DNA of 64,000 nucleotides from Entomortierella parvispora E1425 (Eukaryota; Fungi; Mortierellomycota): NCBI GenBank assembly GCA_020891255.1, contig BQFW01000015.1, positions 2,604,001 to 2,668,000 of the forward strand, read 5' to 3'. Shown piece by piece: positions 57,999 to 64,000 of this stretch (position 1 is its first letter; each line of letters starts with the position of its first letter). The notes under the pieces were generated by a model. It saw only the letters and a program-made list of their open reading frames with translations, ran no database searches and was not told where the DNA came from. The position numbers and the translations under genes were made by a program.

Positions 57999-60900
57999 TC
58001 AAGACATTTCCTCATCCTCGACTTCTTCGACTCGGGTGCGGTGGTTATTGCTGGAAGGAGAAGTGGACGATGTCGAGGAGGTGCTTGTCGCTGGGGTAGC
58101 GGTGGTGGCAGTGGCAGTGGCAGAAGAGGCCCCTGCTGCGGTCGATGTCGCGGGCGATCCCGTGGTCGACCCAGACGAGGCGGGTGGGCGATAGGAATAG
58201 AATGCATCCAGAACTGCCCGGTGCATTTCTTCGCCCATAGTACCAGGATTAAGAAGGTGCTCTCTGGTGAGGCCAGGGACGGTGAAGGCTGAAGCTCCGT
58301 TAGCGCTGTTCCTGGTAGGCTCTGATGGCGCGGTTCTGGATCCTGCATAGAAGCTGTCCCGAAGCGCCCTGCGCATGGAATCATCCATGGTATTAAAGTC
58401 CAAGGAAACGTTGTGCACACCGGGCAAAGGTCCAACGGATTCCCGAATCATTCTCTCCAAGTTCTCTGAGAGAGTTTCAGAGATGGACTCAGAGTTACTG
58501 GCAGAGTTGCCGTTTCCGCTGGCGTTAGGCTGCGAAGTTGTTGCTGGAGCTGCAGCAGTGGTCGTTGTTCTTGATGCCGCAGCAACTCTCTCTGTGGTTG
58601 ATGTTGGATGGGTGGAAGTGGATGCTCCCGATGATGATGCTCCAGAGGACGACCCTCCAAATAAGACGCCAAAGGCCCCATAGCTACTGGATGACGATCC
58701 AGAGGAAGAGGATGTAGAGGGTCCAAGGGGCGCAGGTGGGGCAGTCGATCCCAAAAGAGAAGGGGCCATACAAGTCTGCGATCGGTTGCTGGGCGGCCGA
58801 GGAGCAGTGGCCATTAAAGGCCAAGCACCGCCAACAAGCCCACCCGTCTGCTCTTCGCCTCTTCTCCGTGGCACAATGTTGGCGCAAAGCACATTCACTA
58901 AGGTATTGGTAGCTCGGTTCGAGAGTTCAACCCATCGTCTGCCATTGGCGTGAATCGCCGAACCAACTACATGGGTTGCAATCCTTTGAGCCTCTGCTTG
59001 ATCACGTTCTTGGAAGAGGCCATAAAAGCCCAATCGCCATGCGCCTACCACATCCCGCATCCAGAGAATCAGATCGCGTGCAAATGTAGGCCAACTGCTC
59101 TCCCTGCCCGCAGGTGCAGCCACAACTAGATAAATAAGTCTTCGGAAGTGCTCTCGCAAGACGTCAATCGAGATTCTTCGAATATCCTCGCTAGAGATTT
59201 GGATGGTAGCTGGTGGGGTCAAAGTTTCCAGAATTTCATCCACAGGAACCGCATTCATGATTCCGTGCGAGAACATGATAGCCACAGCCTAACGGAGCAG
59301 CAAAAGTAGGGAACGATAGTGAGTCGACACAGTAGCAGCGACATGAAAGCGAAATAAATATCAAATAAAAAAAACTAAATATTAATACAATACCTCCAAG
59401 TTGCTCTCCATGATCTGTTGTCCGTTCAAGGCGCGATTACGGATAAACGAGTTGAGAACTGGGTGAATGTTGCGCAACGGCGCTGGGTGACCTTCTACAA
59501 CTGAGCGCGTCTCCCTCACAGTGAGGGATTCTGCAACATCCCGTACAAGATCCTGCAGAGGGGTGTTGTTTTCCTGAGGGTCATTGCAGATGACATCGGC
59601 CAACGTCCTGGGTGATCCATCTTCTCTTGGCTGATCAACCATCCTCAAGATGGCAGAAATAAATACTCCAATTCGTCCCAGGTTATAAGCGGGAGAGGCA
59701 GCAGCTGAGCCGTTGTTGGTGGAGGACGAGGCAGGAAGGGAAGGGCTGCTTGGGGATGGACTGGAGGCGTTAGACACTGAATCGTTGGCGTTATTTGCGC
59801 TGGATTGTTGGCGTCTGGTATCATTGGAAGGGGATCGCGACACTGCTGGCCTGGATGATGGGGTTGAACGAGCGACTGATCCTCCAGAGCTGGCCGCCAG
59901 TGAATCCGCGCCCATCCAATCCTGCAATCGCCTTCTTGCTGCACTTCTATCTTCCTCTGCGAAATCGTCGGGTCTCTCTCTGCGTCTTGATTGGGATGAG
60001 GTTGAGGATGGCTCCTGAGCACTGTTCGCTTCAGTAGTTTCTGCAGCCCGGCTAGAGGTTGATGCTGATGTGGCAGCCTGGGTCGGGCGGGTAGTAGGAC
60101 GAGACGCACGAATGTCTCGTGAATAAGAAAGGTTTCCGTTGGGTCCCAAAATCAAGTGCCCAATGGGTCCTGATCCTGCAATGGGTGATGAGGCGGTGGA
60201 GGAAGACGTTGAGTCAGCGGCCGAGGTTCCTGTAGAAGCTGCTCCAGACGTCTGAGTCTGAGCACGGGCTTGAGCACGGGCTTGATTCACAGCCTGGGCC
60301 TGGGCTCTTGCATGAGCCATAAGTGATGGAATCAGTCCAACGGGGGCTCCGGCGCCTGAACGAGCAAGGGTAGAGAATGGAAATCCTGGTATAACGGTTC
60401 CGCCCACTTGAGCAGGCGCTCGAGCCAATAGATTTGCCAAAGTACTTGGGGGAAGTGGAATCTCTACAGCCGGTGGGTCGACTCGCTGAGCAGGCTGGAA
60501 TCGATAAGCAACCGTTTCAGGGCTAGTTCCTACGAAGCTTGCATTGGCAAGCATAGGAAATATTGTGTTTTGAACGCTCGCCAGTCTGTACATTGCTCTG
60601 GCCGCCCTTACTGACTCTAACTGAAGCGCCACCCTATCAGAGGGTCCTCCAATATCCTGTGTGTATTGCCCTGATAGTGCTTGAAGGTGATCAGCCATCG
60701 TCTGACTAGCATTCGAGAGCACCGTCAACATATTTCCCATGCGTGCAATAGCAGTTGAGTCGCCATCGTCATTGCGGGTTGAAGGTTCAGTGCCGGTGAC
60801 CTCGAGTGATTCCAGCTGCACTTCATCCACTACATATTTCAGAAGAGAATCCAAAGAGATTAGGAATCGTCCATAAAAATGAGAACCCTCAGATCATGCA

Positions 60901-62291
60901 TGTATCTTCCTTACGCCGATCCGCAGGGTGGGCCAGGATAGTCTGCACGTTCCTCAACTGAGCCAATGCCCGTGTCAGTTCCGCGTCGATAGTTGCGAGA
61001 TGCTGACAAGTGTCAAGGAAAGGGAGAAAAGGTCAGGAATGGATCTGCGATTTCACATGGACAAACGAGCGTGCACAAGCGCGTGGGTGTGGAGATAAAT
61101 TCCCCGCTGGCTCGTGATAGCCCAGTCCTGAAACTTACCGGAAGTCCTGCTCCCAAGGGCACAGACTGAGCAGCGCTGGTCATGACTCTCACGCCGCTGG
61201 CTCTCCTTGCAACTTCGGGCGTAGTGGTAGAGACATTGGCAGAACCACGCGAAAAGAGTGAGCGCAAAGCCTACAACGAAAAACCAGTGTCAGTAGAGAG
61301 TCCCTTTGTCACCGCTCGCGTGCAAAAAAACATGTGGTAATTGTACCTCTGGGTCGCCTCCAAAGTGGATCACTGCTGGTGCTCCACCCATGTCCATAGG
61401 CAGACCGCCAGTGATTGCTTGCATGATCTATACAGAGCATTGCCGTGCTTGGTTAGAAACTTGTCTCCAGGCTGTATTCAGCAGATCCTCGACATTCTGA
61501 TTTACCCGCTGCGGATCGGCGATCTCGTCCATGCCAATAATGCTAAGATGATAATCCCCGGCTTCGAACTGAAAAGGAGCCCTGACACCACCAGTACTAG
61601 GGCCAGACCGAGTCCTTGGTGCGTCTAGATAGATGTTGGATTGTTGCTCAGAGTCAGCAATACGTCTTATGTCTGTGGATTGCGATCAACTATGCATGGA
61701 CCAAAACAATTGTTACCATTTTGACTGTTTGAAGGTGCATCAGCAGGTCGGGTGACCAGATGAATCGTGTGTCCATCCTGCAGAGCTGTTTGGATTAAAT
61801 GCCGAGACGGTAAAGCACAGACAGAGAAGGGAAGAGAACAAGGTGATGAGTTAGTATGGATGAGATGCCGGAGAAACAATGAATAATTGCTGATGACAAA
61901 AACGAGGGTCCATCCAGCCCGGGCTGTGCATCCATGACTGGAATGAATCAACAATGACCAGTGCGGGGCCGACGCTTGCTGGGAGTAAGAGGGTTGTCTG
62001 TTGAAGGGTTGCACAAGCACCAGGGCCAGACAGCGGGAGGAGGGGTTGGATAGGGATGTCCTGTCAAAGCGTACAATACTCAGTCAGCGCCTTGTCGTCG
62101 GCGAGTACCCGTCCTCGGAAGATCAACCGCTGGCGGGGGCTGGGCACTTCGAGCATGGCAGCAAGGCGCTCCTTGAGCTGGAGGACCGTCTCGGAGGGGG
62201 GTAGTGAGACGGCATGGGTCTGTGATTCCAACGTCTTGACACTGAGGGTGATGGGTGCATCCTGCGGGGATGGGGAATTGTCCTCGGCCAT
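57999..62291 (-). CDS. BAG6/Scythe-like protein with N-terminal ubiquitin-like domain (multi-exon)
   Basis: UBL: ITLSVKTLESQTHAVSL...LKERLA...RQRLIFRGRVLADDKALTEY|..LQDGHTIHLVTR. The later segment GHPAPLRNIHPVLNSFIRNRALNGQQIMESN resembles the recalled BAG6 segment [27 protein letters not shown]. Confidence 0.72.
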
Positions 62292-62477
62292 TGGAGGACA
62301 AGGATAGGATTGTTGGGGATGGAAGAAAAGAAGAAAGGAAGGAAGGCAGGGGAAGGAGGGAGAAAAGAGGTACTCAGCAGAAGACAAGCGGGAGAGGGGA
62401 GAGAAGGAGGGACATCAACCGAGGTGGGCGGGATCACGACAGAAGGAGAGGAGCAGCTCGACTGCAAAGAAGAAAGA

Positions 62478-62580
62478 ATAAATAAATAAATAAATAAAAT
62501 GAATGAATGAATGAACGAATGAACGAATGAATGACTGCAAAGAAAGAAAGAAAGAAAGAAAGAATGAATGAATGATGCAT
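62478..62580. repeat. Compound tetranucleotide microsatellite (AAAT/GAAT/GAAA)n
   Basis: Seen directly in the BAG6-like/nicastrin divergent promoter. Confidence 0.9.
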
Positions 62581-62951
62581 GCGAATGGATCGAACCAAAC
62601 ACCCGCAGTGGAACAAAGAAGAAAACGGCCGTGCTCTCCTGTGGTGGCCCTTAAGACGGCATGGATTGCATGCATGGTCCGAGTCCACACAGGGAGAGAG
62701 CGTTCTTTTCTTTCTTTCTTCTTTCTTTCTCTCGTTGTCTGTTCAGTCACCTAAAGACAACATGATACCTCGACCATCCAGGACTGGGACAAGGACGGGG
62801 ACAGGGACAAGGACAATGCTCAAAAGACTCGCCATCGGTCTCGCTGCCGGTAATGGTCGGTCCATCTGTCCATCTGCCTTTGTGGAATGGACCTGAAAGA
62901 ATGCATTGCCCGCCCTTGTTGTTGCATGTCATCCAGGCCTGTGGGAGAAAC

Positions 62952-64000
62952 ATGGTCTCTGACCTTTGGACTTTTGTCTTTTTTATGTTCTGCTGGACAG
63001 CATGTGCCTTTGTTGCCGCTCAGGACTCGTACGATACCATCTACAACGATATTGGATCGCTTCCTTGCGTACGACTCTTGAATGCCACAGGGACCATTGG
63101 ATGCCAGTGTAATGTCTATCGGCTGTAACTTCGTGCAAACGAAACAAAGGATAGCAGATATACACGATCGACTAATCCAAAAGAAGGCTTCTTCTGTATA
63201 ACAGCCATGGACGCCGCCACGGGAGTTTTGTTCAGGACAGATACTCAAGATGATATCCAACAATTTGCGAGTCAGGGCGGATTGGTGTCAAAGTATACTG
63301 TGGTCATGCCATACTGGCTTTTGACAAAGTAAGCGACGACTCCTCTTTACCTTGGATAATCACGCGCTTTCCTTCGTCATTGCGACTGAAACGCTTCTTG
63401 AGTCTAACAAGTTTCTCTTATGACTCTCAGCGCCAATGTGGATCTCCTAAAGTCGTCCCACAAATTAGCCGCCATCATTGCAGTTGTCAACGGGACTGAT
63501 CCAGTCTACAGTCCTTCAGCAAGACCTACCATCAACATCTCCCCTGATACCACCTGTCCCAATTGTGAATTTGGCCTTTACTCGGACAACCCAAACCAAT
63601 ATCAATGGAACCCAACTGTAAGGATCTCCCTCAACAACAACTATGTATCTTCAATTGCCAGTTGTCACTTACCTGCCTCGATTCATTCCTTGGTAGGGCT
63701 CCGGTTTACTATACAGCCAATTTGACTTTCCCATCTACGCCCTGAATACCATGGATGTGCGAAACACAATGTCCTACAATGCGGTTATGCAGGCAGCAAA
63801 TACCAACAGGTTCAGGGGATACAACAACTTCCCACTTAAAGCTTTGCAATTCCATGCTTTCATGTGGGCAGCACAGGACGCAGGGACATGCCTTCGAAAA
63901 GGCAAGTTGACTATTGAAAATCATGAGCACACGACTACACGCGGAAATGAAAACTCAGAGGCGGCTCTAACCTGACAAGTGACTCGAATTATGAACTATT
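62952..64000 (+). CDS. NCSTN: Nicastrin (gamma-secretase subunit), 5' part; continues beyond the window
   Basis: Signal peptide, then IYNDIGSLPCVRLLNATGTIGCQ (nicastrin CVRLLNAT..IGCQ), SPDTTCPNCEFGLY...QWNP, GSGLLYSQFDFPIYAL and FPLKALQFHAFMWAAQDAGTCLRK. Confidence 0.9.

Overview
Eukaryotic fungal genomic DNA with GT-AG introns, CTAAC/CTGAC branch points and frequent 15-25 nt poly(A)/poly(T) tracts. The gene style (F-box type, Rab4, BAG6, nicastrin) suggests an early-diverging fungus, most plausibly Mortierellaceae; this is inferred, not searched. Two accessory tandem gene clusters sit among housekeeping genes. (1) 1-12.3 kb, minus strand: seven intronless genes (one running off the left edge) plus three decayed relics. 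Each gene encodes an Arg/Ser/Leu-rich, acid-poor N-terminus resembling a mitochondrial presequence, followed by five Myb/SANT repeats. The copies are mosaics of one another and differ most in the predicted recognition helices. (2) 31.8-41.8 kb: seven related small genes whose pattern matches the Cyt/volvatoxin-A2 cytolysin fold. They form an inverted duplication of a two-gene module (secreted subunit plus leaderless subunit) and a tandem triplet of a divergent compact form. Housekeeping genes: tRNA isopentenyltransferase MOD5 (two in-frame AUGs), AdoMet decarboxylase SPE2 (apparently a long spliced leader with uORFs), citrate carrier CTP1, UTP6, type-I DnaJ YDJ1, Rho-GDI, Rab4, a BAG6-like protein and nicastrin (partial). 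Also present: two paralogous 4-TM proteins, a secreted mucin-like protein with dibasic sites, an F-box protein and a 1,323-aa coiled-coil protein. No rRNA, tRNA, CRISPR array or recognisable transposon was found.
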